Positions 29,932 through 39,436 of a DNA stretch of 64,000 nt are shown here, piece after piece. Position 1 is the first letter of the stretch. Each line of letters starts with the position of its first letter. The position numbers and the translations under genes are program-made. The notes under the pieces are model-generated. The model worked only from the letters and a program-made list of their open reading frames with translations, was not told the DNA's origin and searched no databases. Source of the stretch: Methanobacteriota archaeon (GTDB lineage: Archaea; Halobacteriota; Bog-38; Methanoflorentales; Methanoflorentaceae); the NCBI GenBank assembly GCA_963720465.1, contig OY970393.1, forward strand, positions 160,001 through 224,000, in the 5' to 3' direction.

Positions 29932-31816
29932 CAAACTTGAAAAGTTCCATACGGCTCGAGCTGGGGCTGAGCACGAGATTCCGCGTGATCCCGTGGCGTT
30001 CGCGAGGTTGTTGGGCGTAGAGCCCGACCCTTGGCAATGCGATCTCCTTTACGCAACGGATCAGCACATCATCCTTAATTGCGCGCGACAGTCCGGTAAA
30101 TCGACGATTGTCGCTCTCCGTGCGCTTCATCACGCCCTGACAACCCCCGGCTCACTTGTGCTCATCCTTTCGCCATCACTGCGGCAGTCCGGGGAGCTCT
30201 TCAAGAAGATAACCGAGTTTTATCGTGACCTCGGCACACGCGAAGGCAGCGACGGCATCTCAGCTACCACGTTGCAACTCAAAAACCGGAGCCGCATAGT
30301 ATCGCTCCCTGGATCAGAATCGACGATCCGGGGCTATAGCGCGCCGTCCCTCGTGCTGATCGATGAAGCCGCACAGGTTTCCCACGAGTTGTACTACACT
30401 GTGAGGCCTATGCTCGCCACCTCGCAGGGGCAGCTGATCCTCCTCAGCACACCGCGCGGCAAACAGGGAATATTTTGGCATGCGTGGGACCGAGAACCGG
30501 ACTGGAAGAAGGTTAAGGTGACCGCCGACCAATGCCCACGCATCACAGAGGAGTACTTAGACCAGGAGCGGCGCGCATTGCCGGCCGCGTGGTTTGCCCA
30601 AGAATACTGTTGCGAATTCGTGCAGGACGACGCCAGCATCTTTAAAGAAGGATGGATTCAGTATTTCGATCCCGAGTATGTACCAAACATGGATATCATT
30701 ATCCAAGCGTGGGATACAGCGCAAACGAAAAGCAGCACGTCAGATTTCGTAGTAGGCCAGGTTTGGGGCAAAATTGGCGGTGATTTTTATTTGTTAGATC
30801 AAGTTCGTGATAGATGGGATTTTGACGAAACTGTCGCAGCGATCAAAGACTTATCAAAGCACTGGCCCCAATGCAGCTCAAAGATCGTAGAAGCGCAAAC
30901 ACTCGGTGCTGCATTGTCGTCACACTTAAAACACCAAATCCCCGGCATCATTCCCATTCACGTTAAAGGCTCTAAGGAACTGCGAGCCCTCAACTGCGTG
31001 CCGGTCTGGCAATCAAAGAACGTCTACATACCGAAACCGGACGACGGCGAATATGCGTGGGTTCACGAGTATGTAGTCGAACTCCTCAATTTTCCGAACG
31101 CCGGTAATGATGACCAGGTCGATGCGACTACTCTTGCTTTGAATCAGCTGCAAGGAAGGTTATTTCCGAAAGTTAAGGCCGCAGCATACGCTGCTACTGA
31201 TATACCCCCTGTACACGGCCATATCTACACAATAGGATGGGTTCCGGCGCGTTTTGACGACGAGTTTACCGTCGTGGTCTTTGATAGTGACGCGAATGAA
31301 GCCGTAAAGTTCGACAGGATGGCGGCGGAACCGATCGACGGGCAGATTTCACGGATATTTACCACGTCGCGGACATACAACGGCGCCATAGTCAGAGTGA
31401 TTGACGGCTCAGACGAAGCGCTGATCGGCGCAGTCGAGCTCAAAGGCACCTACGTCCAGCGAATTAAGTTTCATAAGCAGAAGTTTGATGCCGCATATGA
31501 AAACCTTAGCCAGCTCCTAAGTAAAAGACTCGTGGATTTGCCGGACAACCGAGAGCTTATGGCCGAGCTCGAGGTGTTCCACAGTGAGCCGACGTTCGAT
31601 GAGTCAGCAGACTACACGGCGCAAATCGCTCGGCAGTCAGGGGTTCACGCGCTCTGTCTTGTGACCCATGATCTCAGCCCTGCACGGTCGGAGTTTAGGC
31701 CAACCGTCTACTATAGCTTTGACAGGGACCAGATCGAGCCCTGGCGGGGGTCGTATTCTCCAGAAAACCCCCCACCACATTCGATTTTAAAGCGTTTTAG
31801 GCGGCCCTTAAGATAA
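29906..31816 (+). CDS. terL: Terminase large subunit with an additional degenerate C-terminal RNase H-like domain
   Basis: PDPWQ, CARQSGKST Walker A, LIDEAA Walker B, LSTP, FAQEY, nuclease motifs AWDTA..SDF..VEA..DDQVDA. Confidence 0.88.
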   Translation: MERHEPRISKLEKFHTARAGAEHEIPRDPVAFARLLGVEPDPWQCDLLYATDQHIILNCARQSGKSTIVALRALHHALTTPGSLVLILSPSLRQSGELFKKITEFYRDLGTREGSDGISATTLQLKNRSRIVSLPGSESTIRGYSAPSLVLIDEAAQVSHELYYTVRPMLATSQGQLILLSTPRGKQGIFWHAWDREPDWKKVKVTADQCPRITEEYLDQERRALPAAWFAQEYCCEFVQDDASIFKEGWIQYFDPEYVPNMDIIIQAWDTAQTKSSTSDFVVGQVWGKIGGDFYLLDQVRDRWDFDETVAAIKDLSKHWPQCSSKIVEAQTLGAALSSHLKHQIPGIIPIHVKGSKELRALNCVPVWQSKNVYIPKPDDGEYAWVHEYVVELLNFPNAGNDDQVDATTLALNQLQGRLFPKVKAAAYAATDIPPVHGHIYTIGWVPARFDDEFTVVVFDSDANEAVKFDRMAAEPIDGQISRIFTTSRTYNGAIVRVIDGSDEALIGAVELKGTYVQRIKFHKQKFDAAYENLSQLLSKRLVDLPDNRELMAELEVFHSEPTFDESADYTAQIARQSGVHALCLVTHDLSPARSEFRPTVYYSFDRDQIEPWRGSYSPENPPPHSILKRFRRPLR

Positions 31817-31890
31817 GAAAAGCGTTCGGCGGGCGGTCACGTAACGAAGGTAAAATGTAATAACATCAGCAAAGCGCGCGCCGAAAGCAA

Positions 31891-31964
31891 TGGGCTCGGC
31901 CGGATTCGAACCGGCGACCTCCGCCGTGTGAAGGCGACGTCATAACCACCTAGACCACGAGCCC
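31891..31964 (-). tRNA. tRNA-Val (anticodon CAC)
   Basis: GGGCTCGTGGTCTAGGTGGTTATGACGTCGCCTTCACACGGCGGAGGTCGCCGGTTCGAATCCGGCCGAGCCCA folds into a complete cloverleaf. Confidence 0.97.
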
Positions 31965-32083
31965 TGTTTTTCACGTCTTTTGCAAAACAGATAAGTTTAT
32001 CGTTCTGTTACCTCAATTCTCATTTTGCTAAAGAAAGTGCGAGAAGAGTCGCTTTCGGAGTATCCGCCGAGCGGAACGCGTTC

Positions 32084-32944
32084 ATGCAAGGAAATCACAA
32101 AACAACCGAGTTTTCTGACATTGATCTAAGTCGCTGGAAGGACTACGACGACGTCATCTTTGACTCCCTGTGGCTCCTCGGCCCACGCGACAAGACCGGG
32201 CCGCACGTCGGGGACTACTGGGGCAACTTCATCCCACAGATCCCATATCAAGTGTTGACCCGTTTCACGAAGCGCGGCGAGGTGGTCGTTGACCTCTTCA
32301 GCGGCATGGGCACGACGCTTATCGAGTGCAAGCGACTCGGCCGCGCCGGACTCGGCGTCGAGATCGACCCGGGCGTAGCTGAACGCTCATTGGAGCGCAT
32401 AAACACCGCTGAGAACCCCTACAACGTTCCGGTCGCCGTGCTCGTGGGTGACTCCACAACGGCTCTAACGGCAAAACGCGTCCGCGCCACGCTTAAGGAA
32501 TGGGGCGGAGCCGCGGCCGATTGCATCATCTTGCATCCGCCTTACCACGACATCATCAGGTTCAGCGAATGCGAAGGCGACTTGTCGCGCGTGTCAACAG
32601 AGGTCGCTTTTCTGGACAAGATCGGCCTGGTCGTGCGGCGCGCGTATGAGGTGCTGAAGCCGGCCGGGTTCATGGCGCTCGTGATCGGCGACAAATACGT
32701 GGATTCGCAGCTCGTCCCGCTCGGATTTATGTGCATGCAGCGCTGCATCGACGCGGGTTTTGTGCTCAAGGCGATCAACGTAAAGGAGATCCTCAACAAC
32801 GAGCGCGGCAAGGGCAAGAACGGTAACCTTTGGAAGTATCGCGCGCTCGTGGGCGGGTTCTATCTGTTCAAGCACGAATACGTCATGATCTTTCGCAAGC
32901 CAGCGGCTCGTGGCAAGCGAGCACCTAAAGGTGCCGCGCCATAA
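32084..32944 (+). CDS. Orphan amino (N6A/N4C) DNA methyltransferase
   Basis: GNFIPQIP, DLFSGMGTT (motif I), HPPY (motif IV), HEYVMIFRK. Confidence 0.8.
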   Translation: MQGNHKTTEFSDIDLSRWKDYDDVIFDSLWLLGPRDKTGPHVGDYWGNFIPQIPYQVLTRFTKRGEVVVDLFSGMGTTLIECKRLGRAGLGVEIDPGVAERSLERINTAENPYNVPVAVLVGDSTTALTAKRVRATLKEWGGAAADCIILHPPYHDIIRFSECEGDLSRVSTEVAFLDKIGLVVRRAYEVLKPAGFMALVIGDKYVDSQLVPLGFMCMQRCIDAGFVLKAINVKEILNNERGKGKNGNLWKYRALVGGFYLFKHEYVMIFRKPAARGKRAPKGAAP

Positions 32945-33785
32945 GCTTGTTGACGTCGATATCGTCGATCGGCACGTGCGCGAGGGGCTCCGCGTTTAAG
33001 GAGCGGTACTCCTCGTCGAACGTGGGTTTGTCGGCCTCGTACAGCACCCCGATAGGAAGCTTGTCCCCGACTTCCTGCGCTTTTTTGAGGGCGAGCTCGT
33101 AATTGGAGCGATCGTACTCCGTTTCGTCAAGCGTGTACACGTGGTCGTTCCACCACTTCCAGGTGTTGACGTGGTTGAATGTGACGCACGGCTGTCCGAT
33201 GTCGACGAGCGAGAATCCCTTGTGCCGGATCGCTTTAGTCATAAGGTCGCTGAGGTGCTTGTTCTCGCCGCTGAAGCCGCGTCCGACAAAGGTCGCTCCG
33301 GCGAGCAGCGCGAGGGGCAGCGGCGTGACGGGCGAAGCAACGACGCCTTCCGGGGCCACTTTCCACTTCGTGCCCTTGAAGCTTGTTGGCGAGGGCTGGC
33401 CGGTCGTGAGGCCGTAGACCTGGTTATCGTGCACAAAAACCGTGATGTCGATGTTTCGTCGCGCGGCGTGCAAAAGATGGCCGAGTCCCTCACCATACGT
33501 GTCGCCGTCTCCCGCGTGCACGATGACCGTAAGGTCGCCGTTTGCGAGTTTGATGCCCTGCGCCACGGGGATCGACCTCCCGTGTAGGCTGTGGAGCACG
33601 TATGTGTTGATCCAGTAGCTGAGGTTTCCAGAGCACCCGATGCCGCACACGATCGCCGTCGTATGGGGGGCGAGGTCCATGCTCGCGTAAGCGGCTTTCA
33701 TCGCGTTCCAAATCCCGAAGTTGCCGCACCCCGGACACCACGTGGGCCAGGTGTCAGGCACGTCATAGCGATGCACGTCTCCCAT
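32925..33785 (-). CDS. korB: 2-oxoacid:ferredoxin oxidoreductase beta subunit
   Basis: TWCPGCGNF, GIGCS, LHGR, GDGD, DNQVYGLTTGQ. ATG 33785 is the likely start. Confidence 0.92.
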   Translation of the reverse strand: MGDVHRYDVPDTWPTWCPGCGNFGIWNAMKAAYASMDLAPHTTAIVCGIGCSGNLSYWINTYVLHSLHGRSIPVAQGIKLANGDLTVIVHAGDGDTYGEGLGHLLHAARRNIDITVFVHDNQVYGLTTGQPSPTSFKGTKWKVAPEGVVASPVTPLPLALLAGATFVGRGFSGENKHLSDLMTKAIRHKGFSLVDIGQPCVTFNHVNTWKWWNDHVYTLDETEYDRSNYELALKKAQEVGDKLPIGVLYEADKPTFDEEYRSLNAEPLAHVPIDDIDVNKLMARHL

Positions 33786-33786
33786 T

Positions 33787-35511
33787 TCAGAGCACCTCTT
33801 TGATGCGATTGTAGAGTTCGTCCGCGTTGAACGCCCTCCCGTCATACCTTAAAATGGTGTGATCCGGGCGGATCTGGGCGTGCTCTTTGATGAGGCTGCC
33901 GAGCTGCGCTCCCCGATTGTTCTCAATTAAAATGACGCGAGTCCCCTCAAGACGCTCTCTTACCAATTGTGAGGGGAAGGGGCTCATAAATAGGACCTGC
34001 AAAAACCCGAGATCAATGCCGTCATTTCCTCGAAGGAGGTCCATCGCGTCGAGAATGGCTCCTTTCGTCGAGCCCCACCCGACGAGCACCGTGTTCGTCC
34101 CAGAGTTGCCGTGGAACTTGATCCCGTTGACAAGCGTGGCCGCCGTGAAGTACTTCCTGCACCGTTTGTCGACCTGCGTTGCGACAACCGGGGCGTCTTC
34201 CGAGAAGTAGCCACGCTCGTCGTGTTCATCGCTGTTTGAGTTGAATATGCCTCCTGGCAGTCCCGGAACGGTTCGCGTTGACACGCCGGTGGGAGTCGCC
34301 TCATAGCGCTTGAAATCGGGAGGTACGTCGCCCTTGGCGAGCAGCAAGCCGCGATCGACGCTCAGCCCTTCAGTTGTGAACGGTTCTGCCGCAAAAAACG
34401 ACGTCGCCAGATGCTTATCGGTCAGGATAAGCACAGGCGTTTGGAGTGCATCAGCGAGATTGAACGCCCTGAAAGTTTCGAAAAAGCACTCTTCGGGGTC
34501 GCCTGGCGCGAGTACTACCCTGAAGAAGTCCCCCTGAGATGCGTGGAGGCAGAATCGCAGGTCGCCTTGGGCCGTTCGCGTCGCGAGCCCAGTGGAAGGA
34601 CCTGGGCGCTGACCTTCGACGACGACCAGCGGGTTCTCGGTCGCCCCTGCGAGGCCGAGCCCCTCGACCATGAGTGAAAAGCCTCCGCCCGAGGTTGCTA
34701 CCATTGAGCGAGCGCCCGCAAAGCTGGCTCCAACGGCGAGGTTGATCCCGGCGATTTCATCCTCGGGCTGTATCATCATAACGCCGTACTCGCGCGCGTG
34801 CGCAGCCATGTACGTCATAATGGTGTGCGTTGGCGTCATCGGATAGATGGCGATGAACTTCATTCCGGCTTTGAGGGCGCCTATGCAGATCGCGTCATTC
34901 CCAGTCAGAGTCATTCTGGGCGGCCCTTCGATCGAGGCCATCCCGCCCCTGTACGGCTCTGGGTAGGTGCGGGTTACGTACTCGTATCCCGCCCGTGCTG
35001 CGCCCACGTTTTGTTCGACGATTTTTTCGCCTTTATCGCCAAACGCGTCTTGAATGGCTGCATTTAGTAGGGCAAGCTCATAGCCGATCAGGCCGATGGA
35101 GGCCCCCATGGCGGCCATGTTCATGGCCACCTTAGGGAGGTGGAGGTCCGACATGAGCTGCGCGAGGGGTACGTCACACAGGGTAATATCTTCGCGCGCT
35201 GGCGCAACGTTGGAGTTTGCCGCGTCGTAGAGAAGCAAACCGCCGGGAATTAAATCGTCCAGATCCAGTTCTATTGTTTCCGCATTCAGCGCCACAAGGA
35301 CGTCGACGGGCTGGATCGGAGCCCGTATCTGCTGAGCGTCAATCCTGACCTGAAAGGTATTATGGCCACCGCGGATTAGTGAAGGGTATTCGGTGTGCGC
35401 TACAACGTAGTACCCGCCTCTGATAAACGCTTTTGAGAAGATCTCTCCGACGGTCATTATGCCGTATCCGGCTTCGCCCCCAATCTTCCAATTCAGTTGA
35501 CTGTTACTCAT
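33787..35511 (-). CDS. korA: 2-oxoacid:ferredoxin oxidoreductase alpha (gamma-alpha fused) subunit
   Basis: IGGEAGYGI, EYPSLIRGGHN, YPMTP, EDEIA, TSGGGFSLM, QRPGPSTGL. Confidence 0.93.
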   Translation of the reverse strand: MSNSQLNWKIGGEAGYGIMTVGEIFSKAFIRGGYYVVAHTEYPSLIRGGHNTFQVRIDAQQIRAPIQPVDVLVALNAETIELDLDDLIPGGLLLYDAANSNVAPAREDITLCDVPLAQLMSDLHLPKVAMNMAAMGASIGLIGYELALLNAAIQDAFGDKGEKIVEQNVGAARAGYEYVTRTYPEPYRGGMASIEGPPRMTLTGNDAICIGALKAGMKFIAIYPMTPTHTIMTYMAAHAREYGVMMIQPEDEIAGINLAVGASFAGARSMVATSGGGFSLMVEGLGLAGATENPLVVVEGQRPGPSTGLATRTAQGDLRFCLHASQGDFFRVVLAPGDPEECFFETFRAFNLADALQTPVLILTDKHLATSFFAAEPFTTEGLSVDRGLLLAKGDVPPDFKRYEATPTGVSTRTVPGLPGGIFNSNSDEHDERGYFSEDAPVVATQVDKRCRKYFTAATLVNGIKFHGNSGTNTVLVGWGSTKGAILDAMDLLRGNDGIDLGFLQVLFMSPFPSQLVRERLEGTRVILIENNRGAQLGSLIKEHAQIRPDHTILRYDGRAFNADELYNRIKEVL

Positions 35512-35891
35512 CGCGTCTCCTCATTTCTTTCTCCTGCGCAGACGTGACCCGTCCTGCCGTTGAAGCTCCTTCCGGTCGACACGCATGCAGAGCGAGTCTA
35601 AGACGTCTTAAGACTTGTGGCCAGAGTGATATACCTTGAGCATTTTTTTTGGGGCGCAATTTCTGCAATAAGTGCGGAAAAGCCGGCCAAGCGAGTGGCT
35701 CTCTTCAGACGAACAAACGCTGACATATCGCGGGTGGAACAACTGCCTCAAGGGTCTTGACCAAGCGCGAACGAGGTCGCGCAAGCTTTGCCTGACTATT
35801 TGAGCATAATCTAATCCTGACGGTGGCTCAGCACTTGCCCAGGCGGGTTTAGAGAACGTGGAAATGCTTCTGTCCAGTCGTCGGACTGCAA

Positions 35892-36326
35892 TTACTCTGA
35901 GGTGACGGCGCTGAGCTTCTCTATCAAGATCTTGTAGACGCCCCCAACTCGGCCACTTGCTATGGCTCGTGCGGTCTCCTCATATGATCCCTCGATCAAA
36001 TTGATGTTCTTTTCGATTGCCCTGAGCGACTCTCTGAGTTCCGCAGGATCGGTGACGCGGCTGATCCAGCCCTCAATGATGACCGATGTCCAGTCGAGCA
36101 AGCCCTTAATATCGTGAATTTCAAAGCAGGCTCTTTGATTTGCTTCAAGATATTCCAGCGTTCGTCCGCGCGAGTGTTGGTAGAGGAGAAGTGCGGCATC
36201 AGTGTGCGTGTAGGCGATCGGGATGCTATAAGGCTGATTCCTATTGCACAGGGCTAAATTTCCGTACTTTTTTGTTTTGATAAACGCTAATGCTTCGTCT
36301 TTTGAGAGTTCTTGCATGCTAATCAC
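35892..36326 (-). CDS. Pyridoxamine 5'-phosphate oxidase-like (NimA-type) flavin-binding protein
   Basis: YGNLAL..QPYSIPIAY, N.RACFE, WTSVIIEG. Confidence 0.75.
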   Translation of the reverse strand: MISMQELSKDEALAFIKTKKYGNLALCNRNQPYSIPIAYTHTDAALLLYQHSRGRTLEYLEANQRACFEIHDIKGLLDWTSVIIEGWISRVTDPAELRESLRAIEKNINLIEGSYEETARAIASGRVGGVYKILIEKLSAVTSE

Positions 36327-36583
36327 CTAAAACACGATTGGTAAAAAATGTATTTATAGGTAGAAGTGAAAGCACCAGATTGTTGATGGATTTAGTCAGT
36401 CTTCGTTGGGCCGTCGGACCTTTTCTATTTTTTGAAGACGGCTTTTTACGTGAGGGTCTTCTCGGAAGCGGGTCAATCTGGCGGCAAGAAGCCGAAAAAG
36501 CCCCAGACACAACTCTAATGTTTATATAATCTGAGGCGACATAACTAGATACATACCGAGAAATCGGAGGTTTCGAAAAAGGC

Positions 36584-36892
36584 ATGAGCTCTGGAATGTG
36601 TACCGTTTGCGGACTCCCTAGCGAGTTATGCATATGCGAAGAAGTAGCCAAGGAACAGCAGCGAATAACGGTGAAGGTAAACAAAAGGCGCTACGGAAAG
36701 GAGGTCACCGTAATAGAGGGAATGGACCCTCACGAAATCGACCTCGCCGAGCTTACGAGCTACCTCAAGGCACGACTTGCATGCGGAGGAACTGTGAAAG
36801 ACGGTCTCATTGAATTGCAAGGGAATCACAAGGACAGAGTCAAAGAAATCCTTGCGGGAAAAGGATTCTCTGCCGCGCAGATCAAAGCTTAG
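36584..36892 (+). CDS. Translation initiation factor aIF-1 (SUI1/YciH)
   Basis: [44 protein letters not shown]. Confidence 0.95.
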   Translation: MSSGMCTVCGLPSELCICEEVAKEQQRITVKVNKRRYGKEVTVIEGMDPHEIDLAELTSYLKARLACGGTVKDGLIELQGNHKDRVKEILAGKGFSAAQIKA

Positions 36893-37348
36893 ATTCGGCT
36901 GCGTAAGCATTGGTATGGAACCCGGTTTCATATAAGCGAAAAATGGCGGCTCACGCCCCATTCTCTCGTAACTATCTGTTGTTCTGAGGTGCTTTTACAG
37001 ACGCCCATCGATGTGCGGGGATCTCCGTACGGCCTATGCGCTCTTCACTGTTTTGTGCAAAGGTCCTCTTCTTACCGAACCCCATCGGTCAGAAACTTAG
37101 ACCACGTTTGTCTTTTGACATAGCGGGTCGCCGCGCACTATGAAATCCGGTCACGGCATTTTGTGACAGCGTCATTTTTCGAAGTTTATTGATTGGCACG
37201 ACGCGATTTCATCGTTTTTAGAAAATGCCGCACTCTTTTCAGCATAGCTAAATATTTTTAGCATGGCTCGACTCTGTATTGTATGTAAAGCTGGGAGTTT
37301 AGCGGTGAGGCCGCCGCTGCGCCATCTCGGCGCTGCCCCAACAGGAGA

Positions 37349-38410
37349 ATGACTTTGAACGTAGACTATGGCGACCACGAAACGGCACTCAAGCTGTCCG
37401 ACAAAATAGGCCAGCTCGCGCGCAAACACGGCAAAGAGATCAAGATAATGCACGTCTGTGGAACCCACGAGGCGTCGATAACTCGTTTCGGCGTGAGATC
37501 CCTCTTGCCTGAAACCTTTCGAGTAGTCATGGGTCCCGGCTGCCCGGTGTGCATCACCCCCCAAGGCGAAATCGATGCGGCCATAAAGATGGCGAAGGAT
37601 GGCATTACGGTCGCGACCTACGGAGATCTAATGCGCGTGCCCGGGACTGAAGGGTCTCTTGCCGACTCAGGAGGGGACGTGCACATCGTCGGCAGCATCA
37701 CGCACGCTGTGGAGCTCGCAAAAAAGACCGACAATGAAGTGGTATTTATCGCTGTGGGATTCGAAACAACCGCGCCAACCACGTCTGTAGCGCTATTGCA
37801 GACGCTGCCTGATAATTTTTCGATCATGTGCTCGCATCGGCTCATTCCTCCGGCGCTACGGTGGCTTTTGGAGCAAGTATACCAATCTGGGGCCCAAATA
37901 GACGGTTTTTTGCTGCCGGGACACGTCTGCACTATTATCGGGTTGCGCCCATTCGAAGAATTCCAAGTTCCACAGGTAGTTGCAGGATTTGAGCCTAATG
38001 ACGTGCTCTATGGGCTCTATCTTATCGCCAAGCAAATTGTTAATGGCGAGCACAAGGTGGAAAATGCCTATCCGCGTGTCGTGCACTACGAAGGAAACGT
38101 CAAAGCGCAAGAGCTCATGCAACGGACATTCGACGTCGTTGACGTTGAATGGCGCGGTTTTCCTGTGATCAGTCAGTCAGGGTATGCGATAAAAGGTGAG
38201 TTTGCGTCCTACGATGCTCGCCTTAGGCACAATCTTGATTTTACGAGCAAAAAAGTCAAAACCGGGTGTATTTGCAACCTCGTCTTGCAGGGGCTCAGAG
38301 TGCCGACCGACTGCAAACTCTTTGCAAAGGTCTGCATGCCGCACAAAGCGGTAGGGCCGTGCATGGTTTCCGGCGAAGGTGCGTGTAACGTGTGGTACAA
38401 GAATCGCTGA
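37349..38410 (+). CDS. hypD: Hydrogenase maturation protein HypD
   Basis: MHVCGTHE, GPGCPVC, GFETTAP, PGHV, GPCMVSGEGAC. Confidence 0.97.
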   Translation: MTLNVDYGDHETALKLSDKIGQLARKHGKEIKIMHVCGTHEASITRFGVRSLLPETFRVVMGPGCPVCITPQGEIDAAIKMAKDGITVATYGDLMRVPGTEGSLADSGGDVHIVGSITHAVELAKKTDNEVVFIAVGFETTAPTTSVALLQTLPDNFSIMCSHRLIPPALRWLLEQVYQSGAQIDGFLLPGHVCTIIGLRPFEEFQVPQVVAGFEPNDVLYGLYLIAKQIVNGEHKVENAYPRVVHYEGNVKAQELMQRTFDVVDVEWRGFPVISQSGYAIKGEFASYDARLRHNLDFTSKKVKTGCICNLVLQGLRVPTDCKLFAKVCMPHKAVGPCMVSGEGACNVWYKNR

Positions 38411-38632
38411 GGCCGTGCCCGCTACCCTCAGACCTGTCGGTCCTCCAACTACTGTATTGCGCAAAGACTATCACGTCCCGTGCACCTAGGGTGTTCGCTA
38501 TTCGTACGCATTGAGCTGCGCGTTAGAAAGTCGGATATCAACTCACGGTGCTCGCTGATGAGGGCGGCCATCGCGTGCTTGCCGAGCGACACGTGGTTTG
38601 TATAGGCGCTGATAGCCGCCGCAGGGAGTTCC

Positions 38633-39436
38633 GTGTCGCGGGAAAAAACAATTCTGATCACGAACGACGATGGAATAGGGTCCCTGGGGCTAGTCGCAGC
38701 AGCAAACGCGCTAAGCGATCTTGGCAGACTCATCGTCGTCGCGCCGTCGTTCCAAAAAAGCGGCGTAGGAAGGTCACTTTCGCTCTTTGAGCCAATTCGG
38801 GTATCCAGTGCGAATGTTGAGGGACACGAAGCATATGCGGTCGCAGGGACCCCTACGGACGCCGTGCTCATTGCTGAATACGCGATCTTGAAACGGAAAC
38901 CAGATCTGTTGGTGGCAGGCATCAACGTCGGCGAGAATCTTAGCACAGAGTCCGTCATGACCTCGGGCACCTTAGGCGCCGCGTTAACTGGCGCAAGCCA
39001 GGACATTCCCGCGATTGCCATCTCACTGCAGGCGCACCGGGCACACGTCTTTGAGACACGATCCGAAGTAGATTTTGGTTTGGCAGCAGACGTTGGCAGG
39101 ACATTAGCCGCTCACACCATTGCACGCGGGCTACCGGCGAAGGTAGATGTGCTGAACGTTAACGTTCCGATGGGTGCTGCCGTCGCGCGATACAAAACAA
39201 CGCGGCTCCAGCGAAACGTTTTTGACATCAGGATCATAGAACGCTTGGACCCGCGCGGAAACGCTTACTTTTGGATCGGAAGCGACCTTAAGAATAGTCA
39301 GCAGCCCGATACCGATGTTTACGCCCTGAACAACGGGTTTGTCTCCGTTACACCACTCACGCTCGACAACACCGCAGCTACCGACAAACGCTCACTCCAA
39401 GAGTGGCTCAAGGAGGTTGATCGCGGTTCGCGCTAG
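38633..39436 (+). CDS. surE: 5'/3'-nucleotidase SurE
   Basis: ILITNDDG, SGVG, GTPTD, GINVGEN, SGTLGAA. Confidence 0.95.
   Translation: MSREKTILITNDDGIGSLGLVAAANALSDLGRLIVVAPSFQKSGVGRSLSLFEPIRVSSANVEGHEAYAVAGTPTDAVLIAEYAILKRKPDLLVAGINVGENLSTESVMTSGTLGAALTGASQDIPAIAISLQAHRAHVFETRSEVDFGLAADVGRTLAAHTIARGLPAKVDVLNVNVPMGAAVARYKTTRLQRNVFDIRIIERLDPRGNAYFWIGSDLKNSQQPDTDVYALNNGFVSVTPLTLDNTAATDKRSLQEWLKEVDRGSR

Noticed and set aside
29605-31964. Complete provirus
   Set aside because: No portal, capsid, tail, replication or integrase genes, and no co-oriented att duplicate in the window.
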